From Candidatus Methylacidiphilales bacterium (GTDB lineage Bacteria > Verrucomicrobiota > Verrucomicrobiia > Methylacidiphilales > UBA1321), in contig JAJSLI010000108.1 in the NCBI GenBank assembly GCA_021272315.1, positions 27,322-91,321 of the forward strand: a DNA stretch of 64,000 bases, read 5' to 3'. This document shows positions 10,140 to 18,395 of this stretch, one piece after another (position 1 is the first letter of the stretch; the number at the start of each line of letters is the position of its first letter). A program made the position numbers and the translations under genes. The notes under the pieces were generated by a model, which was given only the letters and a program-made list of their open reading frames with translations, was not told the origin of the DNA and made no database searches.

Positions 10140-10728
10140 TAATTCCCCCATGCGCTGGGCCTTGTTCTGGATTTTGCTGTCGGTGAACGCACCGGCTTGG
10201 GGAGCAGCGAATCAGGATGCCGATGTGCCGCTTAACGGGAGAACATTCAAGGTCGCGGGGCTGAGTTTCACGGTCCCCTACAGGTGGCAGAGCCGGCCGG
10301 TCGAAAACTCCAACCGGGCGGGACAATGGCATGTGCCACTGCCGCACGACGAGGACGGCGAGGGCGCGGAAGTCACGGTCTTTTATTTCGGTCCGGGCAT
10401 CGGCGGAAGCGCAAAGGAAAATGTCACCGCGTGGAATGGATTGGTACTGGACCCGGAGGGCAATCCGGCCGCGGCTAAAGTCACGACCCTGGCCTCCGGT
10501 GGGTTCAAAATCACGGTCGTGTCGATTTTCGGGACCTACCAGCAGACGGTGACGGAACCGGGCCTGCCGCCCGTAACAAAGCCGAAATTCGGATTACTTG
10601 GCGCGGTGGTGGAAACGCCGCAGGGTAACATTTACTGGCAGTTGACGGGGCCGGAGGCGCTGGTGACGGCAACCCTCCCGCTTTTCAACAAAATCGTGGC
10701 GAGCGTAAAACCGCAGGATAAACCATGA
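10129..10728 (+). CDS. Exported conserved hypothetical protein
   Basis: Signal-like MRWALFWILLSVNAPAWGA (start probably 10150); FYFGPGIGGSAKENV and LLGAVVETPQGNIYWQLTGP segments look like a folded alpha/beta domain; overlaps both neighbours. Confidence 0.75.
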   Translation: MGNNNSPMRWALFWILLSVNAPAWGAANQDADVPLNGRTFKVAGLSFTVPYRWQSRPVENSNRAGQWHVPLPHDEDGEGAEVTVFYFGPGIGGSAKENVTAWNGLVLDPEGNPAAAKVTTLASGGFKITVVSIFGTYQQTVTEPGLPPVTKPKFGLLGAVVETPQGNIYWQLTGPEALVTATLPLFNKIVASVKPQDKP

Positions 10729-11738
10729 GCCAGCCGGACATTCCCACCGGAAACGATCTGCCGCAGGATCCGCCGCAGGTTTCGCTCTCGCTCTACTCGC
10801 ACGGGCTCGACCTTGAACAGACCCTGACCAGTGGACAGGCGTTTTCGTGGAAGCAGACGGCGAACGGACGCTGGCGCGGCTGGATCGACCGGAAACCGTG
10901 CCTGGTCTGGTCGCAGGGCGACGCGCTACGGGCGGTCGGGCCGGGACTGACGAGCGAACTCGTTTCGCGCTATTTCGGGCTGGACGTGTCGATGCCGGAA
11001 GTTTTTTCAACGTTCCCGAACGACGAGTGGCTCGACCGGGCGCGCGCGTTCGCGCCGGGGCTGCGCATCCTGCGGCAGGAACCGTGGGAGGCGCTGTGCA
11101 ATTTCATCTGCTCGTCCCTGAAACAGATCGTGCAGATCGAGCAGATCAACCACAAATTGCGGCTCACCTTTGGCGACCCGGTGGGCGAAGGGCTCCACTC
11201 GTTCCCGGAACCGATGCGGCTGGCGCAGGCAACGGACGCGCAGCTGCGGGAATGCCGGCTCGGCTTCCGCGCGCGGCATCTTTACGTGGCGGCGCGGCAG
11301 GTGGCTTCAAGCGAGGTGTCGCTGGACCGGATCGGGTCGATGACCACACCGCAGGCGCGCGAGGCGCTGAGGCAAATCCAAGGCGTAGGCGAAAAAGTGG
11401 CCAACTGCATCCTCCTTTTCGCCTATGGGCGGAAGGAGGCGTTCCCGATTGACGTGTGGGTGGAGCGGGTCTTGCGGCAACTCTACTTCAACGGCAGTTC
11501 GCGCGTGTCGCGCGAGCGGCTGCGCGATTTTGCCGATTCTCACTTCGGAGCCTGCCGTGGCTACGCGCAGCAGTTTCTTTTTCACTGGATCCGCAAGGAT
11601 CCGAAGGCGCCGTCCCTTGTTAAAATCGAAAGCCCAAAAAAAAAGCGGATGAAGCGGACTCCCAAGGCTGCGGAGATCATGCCCCCCCCTCAAATCAACC
11701 AGGGGCGCGGGGCAATTCATGGATTGCGGGACGGATAA
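10725..11738 (+). CDS. 8-oxoguanine DNA glycosylase / HhH-GPD N-glycosylase-lyase (OGG1-like)
   Basis: DLEQTLTSGQAFSW, GLRILRQEPWEALCNFICSS, GLGFRA-like, HhH GVGEKVANCILLF, AFPIDVWV. Confidence 0.9.
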   Translation: MSQPDIPTGNDLPQDPPQVSLSLYSHGLDLEQTLTSGQAFSWKQTANGRWRGWIDRKPCLVWSQGDALRAVGPGLTSELVSRYFGLDVSMPEVFSTFPNDEWLDRARAFAPGLRILRQEPWEALCNFICSSLKQIVQIEQINHKLRLTFGDPVGEGLHSFPEPMRLAQATDAQLRECRLGFRARHLYVAARQVASSEVSLDRIGSMTTPQAREALRQIQGVGEKVANCILLFAYGRKEAFPIDVWVERVLRQLYFNGSSRVSRERLRDFADSHFGACRGYAQQFLFHWIRKDPKAPSLVKIESPKKKRMKRTPKAAEIMPPPQINQGRGAIHGLRDG

Positions 11739-11744
11739 GAAGCC

Positions 11745-13691
11745 GTGGCACACGAATTACGATCCGAGGAGAAAGCCGGGCGGGCGCTCCGGCTGTTGCA
11801 GGCGGCAATTCTGGCGCTGACTGGCTGGTGGGCCTTCGCCCCGGCGCTGATGGGATGGTGGATTTGGGACGACCTCCGCTACTTGCCCAACAATGTGCTG
11901 CTGCACGACCCCGCACGGCTTTGGAAGACGTGGTTTGCACCCGGGATCTTCAACGAGTATTACCCGCTGACGGCGACCGTGCAATTCATCCAATGGTCGC
12001 TCTGGGGGAGTGAAACGCCGTATTATCATGCGACAAACATGGCGCTCCATATCGTGAACGCCTTTCTGGTTTGGAAGCTGTTCGAAAAATTGGGGCTGCG
12101 GCTGGCCTGGCTGGGTGGAATGATTTTCGCGGTCCACCCGCTAACGGTGGAATCGGTGGCGTGGATTGTGGAATTGAAGAACACGCTGTCGCTGGCGCCG
12201 TTTCTCCTGGCGATGATCTTTTACCTCGATTACGAGGAACAGGGCCGTGAGCGCGACTACTGGCTGGCGCTGGGGCTGTTCCTGACGGCGATGCTGGCCA
12301 AGGTGACGATGGCGCCCTTCCCGGCGGTGATCCTGCTCTATGCCTGGTGGAAGCGGGGGCGGATCAGGTGGAACGACCTGCGCGCAGCGATGCCGTTCCT
12401 GGTGATTGCAGCCGTACTGTCAGGCCTGACAACGATATCAGGAATAGAGAACCAGAAGATTCATCCGGAGGCGGATCAGGAACCTCCTGAAGGGGGGTGG
12501 GAAGCGGGACCGGCCAGTGCGGGCCTGGCGATTTTCTTCTTTATCGCCAAGTTTTTTTGGCCGACGGGGCTCATGCTGATTTATCCGCGGTGGCTCGAGG
12601 CCGGGGTGTCGCCGTACGATTTTTTGCCGTGGATCGCGCTCACGGCGATAGTGGGATGGCTCTGGTGGAAACGAAAGGAGGGATGGAGCCGCAACGCCCT
12701 GCTGGGGCTCGGCTTTTTCCTGATCATGCTGACGCCGGCACTCAGCATGTTTTTGGTGAAAGATGCGCGCATGGTCCGGTCACTGGATCACCTGGCCTAT
12801 ATTCCCATGATCGGGCTGACGGGGCTGACGGTGGCGGTCCTGGGGGCGATTTCGGCGCGACTTTCACCCCGGTTGCGGTGCGCGGGAATGGGCGTGCTCG
12901 CGGTGGCGCTGGCGGTGCTGGCCTGGGGAAGTCACACCTACGCCGCCCTGTTTCAGGATGAGGAAACGCTGTGGAAATACACGCTGGAACGCAATCCCCA
13001 TTCCTCGTTGGCGCATGAGACGCTGGGCAACGTGCTGCAGGAGCACGGTCGTAATTCCGAGGCGATGGAGCAGTACCGGCTGGCGCTGCGGTACAGCCCG
13101 ATCAACTCCGGACCGCACGTGAACATGGCGCTCTTCCTGTTTCAAAGCGGACGCACGCCGGAAGCGATGGCCGAATATGCGAAGGCGCTCGAAATCAACC
13201 CGAAGGAAGCCATGATCCATTACGACCTGGGCAACGCGCTGACGCAACTGGGGCGAGAAGCGCAGGCCATCGTGCAGTATCAAACGGCGATAAAATTAGA
13301 TCCCGACGGGCCGGAAGCGCATTACAACCTGGGCAACGCGTTTATCCAAACGGGGCATGTTCCGGAAGCGGTGCAGGAGTACGAGGCTGAACTGCGGCTC
13401 AATCCCGACCACGGCAACGCGCACGCCAACCTGGGCAACGCCCTGCTGCAGCTCGGTCGTGTGGAGGAAGCCCTGCGCGAATACGTCGAAGCTCTGCGGA
13501 TCAATCCGAACGACGCGGACGTGCACACCAACATGGGAGTGGCCCTGATGCAGTTGGGCCGGCTGCCGGAAGCCCGGACACAGTTTGAGGCGGCCCTGCT
13601 GCTCGATCCGCACAATGCCACCGCGCAAACTGGCTTGTCGCGGATCGACGCAGCGGGCGGTCCTGCGGACGGCAGTAAGGTTTCGCCCTAA
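11745..13691 (+). CDS. TMTC-like GT-C glycosyltransferase with six C-terminal TPRs (paralogue 1)
   Basis: GTG start; WIWDD acidic motif after TM1, YYPLT, HPLTVESVAWI.ELKN, LAKVTM, DHLAYIPMIG; six TPR units at the C-terminus. Confidence 0.85.
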   Translation: MAHELRSEEKAGRALRLLQAAILALTGWWAFAPALMGWWIWDDLRYLPNNVLLHDPARLWKTWFAPGIFNEYYPLTATVQFIQWSLWGSETPYYHATNMALHIVNAFLVWKLFEKLGLRLAWLGGMIFAVHPLTVESVAWIVELKNTLSLAPFLLAMIFYLDYEEQGRERDYWLALGLFLTAMLAKVTMAPFPAVILLYAWWKRGRIRWNDLRAAMPFLVIAAVLSGLTTISGIENQKIHPEADQEPPEGGWEAGPASAGLAIFFFIAKFFWPTGLMLIYPRWLEAGVSPYDFLPWIALTAIVGWLWWKRKEGWSRNALLGLGFFLIMLTPALSMFLVKDARMVRSLDHLAYIPMIGLTGLTVAVLGAISARLSPRLRCAGMGVLAVALAVLAWGSHTYAALFQDEETLWKYTLERNPHSSLAHETLGNVLQEHGRNSEAMEQYRLALRYSPINSGPHVNMALFLFQSGRTPEAMAEYAKALEINPKEAMIHYDLGNALTQLGREAQAIVQYQTAIKLDPDGPEAHYNLGNAFIQTGHVPEAVQEYEAELRLNPDHGNAHANLGNALLQLGRVEEALREYVEALRINPNDADVHTNMGVALMQLGRLPEARTQFEAALLLDPHNATAQTGLSRIDAAGGPADGSKVSP

Positions 13692-13781
13692 ATAAATCCA
13701 TCCCGCTTTGGAGATTCCCGTGGGGAGAAGCAATTCATGGGTTGCTAGACGGAGAGTAAGCCTCTTGTTTATAGGGTAACC

Positions 13782-15425
13782 GTGGCACACCCATTACCAT
13801 CCAAGGAAACGGCTGTGCGGTCATTTCGTCTGCTCCAGGCGGCAATTTTGGCTTTGGCCGGCTGGTGGGCCTTTGCCCCTGCGCTGACGGGGGGCTGGAT
13901 CTGGGACGATACCCGTTATCTGCCTGACAATATCCTTCTGCACGATCCGGCACGACTGTGGAAGACGTGGTTTGCGCCCGGGACATTCTACGAGTATTAC
14001 CCGCTGACGGCGACGGTGCAATTCATCCAATGGTCGCTCTGGGGGAACGAAACGCCCTTTTATCACGTAACGAACATGGCGCTCCATATCGTGAACGCCT
14101 TTCTGGTTTGGAAGCTGTTCGAAAAATTGGGGCTGCGGCTGGCCTGGCTGGGGGGAATGATTTTCGCGGTCCACCCGCTGACGGTGGAATCGGTGGCATG
14201 GATTTCGGAATTGAAAAACACTCTTTCGCTGGCGCCGTTCCTCCTGGCGATGATCTTTTACGTCGATTACGAGGAACAGGGCCGTGAGCGCGATTACTGG
14301 CTGTCGTTGGGACTGTTTCTGATAGCGATGCTGGCCAAGACGACGATGGCGCCGTTCCCGGCGGTGATCCTGCTTTATGCCTGGTGGAAACGGGGGAGGA
14401 TCGGGTTGAGCGATCTGCGTGCGGCGACGCCGTTCCTCGTCATTTCCACCGTACTGGTGACACTGACGGTGCTGTCCGCAATATGGTATGTGCAGGTGTT
14501 TCCGGAGATAGATAAGGAGCCCCCTGAAGGAGGCTGGGCGGCGGGACCGGCCAGCGCGGGCCTGGCAATTTTTTTCTTTGCCTCCAAGTTTTTTTGGCCG
14601 ACGGGGTTGATGCTGATCTATCCGCGATGGCTGGAGGCCGGGGTGTCGCCGCCCGATTTTTTGCCATGGATCGCCCTGACGGCCGCGGTTGGTTGGCTCT
14701 GGTGGAAACGGCGGGAGGGATGGAGCCGAGGCACGCTGCTGGGGCTCGGTTTTTTCCTGATCATGCTGATGCCGGTACTCAGCATGTTCTTAGTGAGAGA
14801 CACGAGCATGGTCCGATCTCTGGACCACCTGGTCTATCTTCCGATGATCGGGCTGACAGGGCTGACGGTGGCAGGCCTGGAGGCGATTTCAGCGCGGTTT
14901 TCAGTCCAGTTGAGGTGCGCGGGGACGGGAATTCTGGCTGTGGCGCTGGTACTTATGGCCTGGGAGAGCCACGCCTATGCCGTCATTTTTCAGAACGAGG
15001 AAGGACTGTGGAAATTCACTGTACAGCAAAATCCCGGTTCCGCGGAAGCTCACTACAACCTGGGCAATATGTTGATCCGGACTGGGCATGTTCCGGAAGC
15101 AGTTCAGGAATACAGGGCTGCTTTGCGCCTCAATCCCGACCACGGCGATGCGCACACCAACCTGGGCAACGCTCTGCTGCAACTAGGCCAAGTGGCGGCG
15201 GCGCTGCCCGAGTACAGTGAAGCGCTGCGGATCAATCCGAACGATGCGGACGTGCATACCGACCTGGGAGTGGCGCTGGCGATGTTAAACCGTCTGCCGG
15301 AGGCCCGGATACAGTTTGAGGAGGCTCTGCGACTCGACCCGCATCATGCCACGGCACAAGCCGACCTGTCGCGGATAGGCTCAGCGGGAAACCCTGCGGA
15401 CGGCAGTAAGGCTGTGCCCAAATAG
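13782..15425 (+). CDS. TMTC-like GT-C glycosyltransferase with three C-terminal TPRs (paralogue 2)
   Basis: Same motifs as 11745..13691 and long runs of DNA identity (e.g. 14073-14152 = 12036-12115); only three TPRs. Confidence 0.85.
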   Translation: MAHPLPSKETAVRSFRLLQAAILALAGWWAFAPALTGGWIWDDTRYLPDNILLHDPARLWKTWFAPGTFYEYYPLTATVQFIQWSLWGNETPFYHVTNMALHIVNAFLVWKLFEKLGLRLAWLGGMIFAVHPLTVESVAWISELKNTLSLAPFLLAMIFYVDYEEQGRERDYWLSLGLFLIAMLAKTTMAPFPAVILLYAWWKRGRIGLSDLRAATPFLVISTVLVTLTVLSAIWYVQVFPEIDKEPPEGGWAAGPASAGLAIFFFASKFFWPTGLMLIYPRWLEAGVSPPDFLPWIALTAAVGWLWWKRREGWSRGTLLGLGFFLIMLMPVLSMFLVRDTSMVRSLDHLVYLPMIGLTGLTVAGLEAISARFSVQLRCAGTGILAVALVLMAWESHAYAVIFQNEEGLWKFTVQQNPGSAEAHYNLGNMLIRTGHVPEAVQEYRAALRLNPDHGDAHTNLGNALLQLGQVAAALPEYSEALRINPNDADVHTDLGVALAMLNRLPEARIQFEEALRLDPHHATAQADLSRIGSAGNPADGSKAVPK

Positions 15426-15472
15426 AAATGTTGCCGTCCGCCCAGCGATAATCTTTCAAGGCGAAGCTTTAC

Positions 15473-15609
15473 TGCCGTGCGCAGCACCTGCCGTGCGCAG
15501 CACCTGCCGTGCGCAGCACCTGCCGTGCGCAGCACCTGCCGTGCGCAGCACCTGCCGTGCGCAGCACCTGCCGTGCGCAGCACCTGCCATGCGCGGCACT
15601 GCCGTCCGC
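15473..15609. repeat. 16-bp tandem repeat (VNTR), unit TGCCGTGCGCAGCACC
   Basis: Seven perfect copies at 15473-15584, one degenerate 15-bp copy at 15585-15599, and a partial TGCCGTCCGC at 15600-15609. No spacers. Confidence 0.97.
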
Positions 15610-15656
15610 TGCGACCTTGCTTCGTTGCGCCGATCTTGTTTAGTAGGCGGGTGGAT

Positions 15657-16334
15657 TTGACGGTTTCGCTCACATGCTCGGCGTTGCACAAGACGTTTCG
15701 GTTGGGTCACACCGACTTGGAAATCCTGCGCGGACTCGACGCGGCCTTCGCGCGCAACGGGGTGAACACGATCCAGGGGGCGTCGGGCTCGGGCAAGAGC
15801 ACGCTGCTGCAAATCCTCGGCGGACTGGAGAAGCCCGACGCGGGCGAGGTGCGCTGGGGGGAGGAATCGATTTACGGCTGGTCGCGCGACCGGCTGGCGG
15901 CATGGCGGAACCTGACCGTGGGGTTCGTGTTCCAGGCGTATCATCTTTTCCCGGAACTCTCGGCGCTGGAGAACGTCGAATTCCCGGCGCGGCTGGCCCG
16001 GCGGAACGATCCGGCGGTGGCGGCGCGCTTGCTGGAGCAGGTCGGCCTGGGGACGCGACTGGATCACCGGCCTTCCGAACTCTCGGGCGGAGAACAGCAG
16101 CGGGTGGCGATTGCGCGGGCCTTGCGAAACAACCCGGCGCTCTTGCTGGCGGACGAGCCGACGGGGAATCTCGATACGGCGACGGGACACGAGATCATCG
16201 ACCTGCTGCTGCGGCTGCACGAAGAGCGGGGCCACTGCCTCATCATCGTCACGCACGACGACCGGATCGCCGCACTGGGCCAGCAGCGGTTTCATCTGGA
16301 GGATGGGCTGCTGGTGAGTCAGGGACAGGGCTAG
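15657..16334 (+). CDS. lolD: ABC transporter ATP-binding protein, LolD/MacB type
   Basis: Walker A GASGSGKST, VGFVFQAYHL, signature ELSGGEQQRVAIARAL, LLADEPTGNLD, IVTHD. Start set at TTG 15657; the ORF-track extension to 15477 is just VNTR sequence. Confidence 0.8.
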   Translation: MTVSLTCSALHKTFRLGHTDLEILRGLDAAFARNGVNTIQGASGSGKSTLLQILGGLEKPDAGEVRWGEESIYGWSRDRLAAWRNLTVGFVFQAYHLFPELSALENVEFPARLARRNDPAVAARLLEQVGLGTRLDHRPSELSGGEQQRVAIARALRNNPALLLADEPTGNLDTATGHEIIDLLLRLHEERGHCLIIVTHDDRIAALGQQRFHLEDGLLVSQGQG

Positions 16335-16398
16335 CCGATCACGTTTGAGGCTTGGATAGAGTGATTGCGCTGGTAAAATAGCATCCAAAAGTCACGCC

Positions 16399-16830
16399 AT
16401 GACATTTTCATTTGGACAATCAGAACGAGAGCGCATTGAGGTGGATGTCCTTAACTACGAGCGCTCTCCAATTGGTGAATATTATGATGACAATTGGTTA
16501 ACCATAAAAATCGGAGTTCATGCCGGGGGTTTCCATGGAAAGGCCGAAGCCGCGATTCTCACTTTCGAGCTGGTAAAGTTTGCCTCGGACCTTCGACCGC
16601 TTTTTGAGACATTAAGAGGCACAGCAGAGTTTTCGACCATGGAGGAGCAATTAAGTTTGCGGCTCACAGGCGATGGCAACGGACACGTCGAACTCAGCGG
16701 GGAAGTTGAAGACCAAGCAGGAATCGGTAATCGTCTCAAATTTAAGTTACAAATTGACCAGTCGCAGTTGGGAGCATCTATTCGTGAACTTGAAGAAGTT
16801 ACGACAAAGTTTCCAGTTCGAGCAGGCTAA
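16399..16830 (+). CDS. Hypothetical protein resembling WapI-family immunity proteins
   Basis: Visibly lower GC than its neighbours; YYDDNWL, FSTMEEQLSLRLTGDGNGHVELSG, GNRLKFKLQIDQSQL resemble proteins annotated as WapI-like (recognition by eye only). Confidence 0.55.
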   Translation: MTFSFGQSERERIEVDVLNYERSPIGEYYDDNWLTIKIGVHAGGFHGKAEAAILTFELVKFASDLRPLFETLRGTAEFSTMEEQLSLRLTGDGNGHVELSGEVEDQAGIGNRLKFKLQIDQSQLGASIRELEEVTTKFPVRAG

Positions 16831-16899
16831 CAATCCTTCCACGATTTCAAACAGCCTTATCAACCGCCCCCGGGCTTGCGAAAACGGGCGGGATGAGGG

Positions 16900-17793
16900 A
16901 TGCTGTGCCTTCCCATGCAGCACCTGAAAATTTATCTCGATGGCAAGTTTGTGGACGAACCGGACGCGAAAGTGTCGGTGTTCGATCACGGCCTGCTTTA
17001 CGGCGACGGCGTCTTCGAGGGAATTCGCTTTTACAACGGGCGGATTTTCCTTTTCGAGGAACACCTGGACCGTCTTTACGACTCGGCCAAGGCGATTCTG
17101 CTGACCATCCCGATGGAGCGGAAGGCCCTGCGCGAGGCAACCCTGGAGACGTGCCGCCAAAACGGCCTGCGCGACGGCTACATCCGGCTGGTGGTCACGC
17201 GGGGCAAGGGCGACCTGGGGCTGAACCCAAACAAGTGCAAGCAGCCGACGGTGTTCATCATCGCGGCGACGATCGAGCTTTACCCGGAGAATCTCTACAC
17301 CGAGGGGCTGCGGGTGAACACGGTGCCCACCCAGCGGATCTCGCCGTCGGCGCTGAGCCCGGCGATCAAATCGCTCAATTACCTCAACAACATCCTGGCC
17401 AAGATCGAGGGCAATCTCTACGGGGCCCACGAGTCGATCCTGCTCAACCAGCAGGGTTTCGTGGCCGAGTGCACCGCGGACAATATTTTCGTGGTCAAGC
17501 AGGGGAAGATTTTCACGCCTCACGTATCGGACGGGGCGCTGGGCGGAATTACGCGACGGCTGATGTTTGAACTGGCGCGGGAGATGGACCGGGAAATCCT
17601 CGAGGCGAACCTGACACGGTACGATCTCTTTGTGGCCGACGAGCTTTTCCTCACCGGAACGGGCGCCGAGGTGGTGCCGATCAGCGAGGTGGACGGGCGC
17701 AAAATCGGCCCGGGCCGGGCGGGAGCCGTCACGGAGGAGTTCATCCGGCGTTTCCGGGAACGGACGCAAAAGACGGGCGTTCCCATTTACTGA
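16900..17793 (+). CDS. ilvE: Branched-chain amino acid aminotransferase
   Basis: FDHGLLYGDGVFEGIR, YIRLVVTRG, IKSLNYLNN, ECTADNIF, LGGITR, FLTGTGAEV. Start probably 16915. Confidence 0.95.
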   Translation: MLCLPMQHLKIYLDGKFVDEPDAKVSVFDHGLLYGDGVFEGIRFYNGRIFLFEEHLDRLYDSAKAILLTIPMERKALREATLETCRQNGLRDGYIRLVVTRGKGDLGLNPNKCKQPTVFIIAATIELYPENLYTEGLRVNTVPTQRISPSALSPAIKSLNYLNNILAKIEGNLYGAHESILLNQQGFVAECTADNIFVVKQGKIFTPHVSDGALGGITRRLMFELAREMDREILEANLTRYDLFVADELFLTGTGAEVVPISEVDGRKIGPGRAGAVTEEFIRRFRERTQKTGVPIY

Positions 17794-17839
17794 ACTTAGG
17801 CTATATTAAACGTGCGCCGGTAAGGCGCGATTTAAAACC

Positions 17840-18334
17840 ATGATTTGCGAAGTTTGCCAGACTGAGAACGCGACCGTGCACCTGACCCAGATTATCAGCG
17901 GGAAGATGCAAAAGATCGATTTGTGCGAAAAATGCGCGAAGGAGAAAGGCGTGGCGGACCCGGCGGGCTTTTCGCTGGCCGACATGCTCCTGGGCCTGGG
18001 CGCGGCGGACGAGATCAAGGCGAACGGCTCGGAAGAGCTGGTTTGCCCGCAGTGCGGCTTCACGCAGCCCGATTTCAAGAAAACAGGGCGATTGGGCTGC
18101 CCGCAGTGCTATGTCACGTTTGAAGAGGGCCTCGGCGTGATCCTGAAGGACATGCACAAGGGCACGGCGCACAAGGGAAAGATTCCGACCCGCGCGGCCA
18201 AGGCTTTGGTTTACCAGACCAAGCTCAAGACGCTGCACACGGAGTTGCAATCGGCGGTGCAGTCGGAGAACTACGAGCAGGCGGCGGCCTTGCGGGACCA
18301 GATTTCGCAGCTGGAGACGCAGTTGAAGAATTAG
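17840..18334 (+). CDS. mcsA: McsA-like protein (four CxxC motifs plus UVR domain)
   Basis: MICEVC, LCEKCA, CPQCG, GRLGCPQCY, HKGKIP and C-terminal ENYEQAAALRDQI. Confidence 0.88.
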   Translation: MICEVCQTENATVHLTQIISGKMQKIDLCEKCAKEKGVADPAGFSLADMLLGLGAADEIKANGSEELVCPQCGFTQPDFKKTGRLGCPQCYVTFEEGLGVILKDMHKGTAHKGKIPTRAAKALVYQTKLKTLHTELQSAVQSENYEQAAALRDQISQLETQLKN

Positions 18335-18395
18335 AGCGTGCCGGCAAAAGGGGTGTCGACCTTGCCCCATTTTAAAAACAGACTCTGCCAGAACC

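Noticed and set aside
15473-15609. CRISPR array
   Set aside because: The units are 16 bp, directly abutting, with no unique spacers and no cas genes.
15477-15656. N-terminal extension of LolD (MRSTCRAQHLPCAAPAV...) and overlapping ORFs 15344..15691 and 15456..16388
   Set aside because: These are translations of the VNTR; ABC homology starts near 15657.
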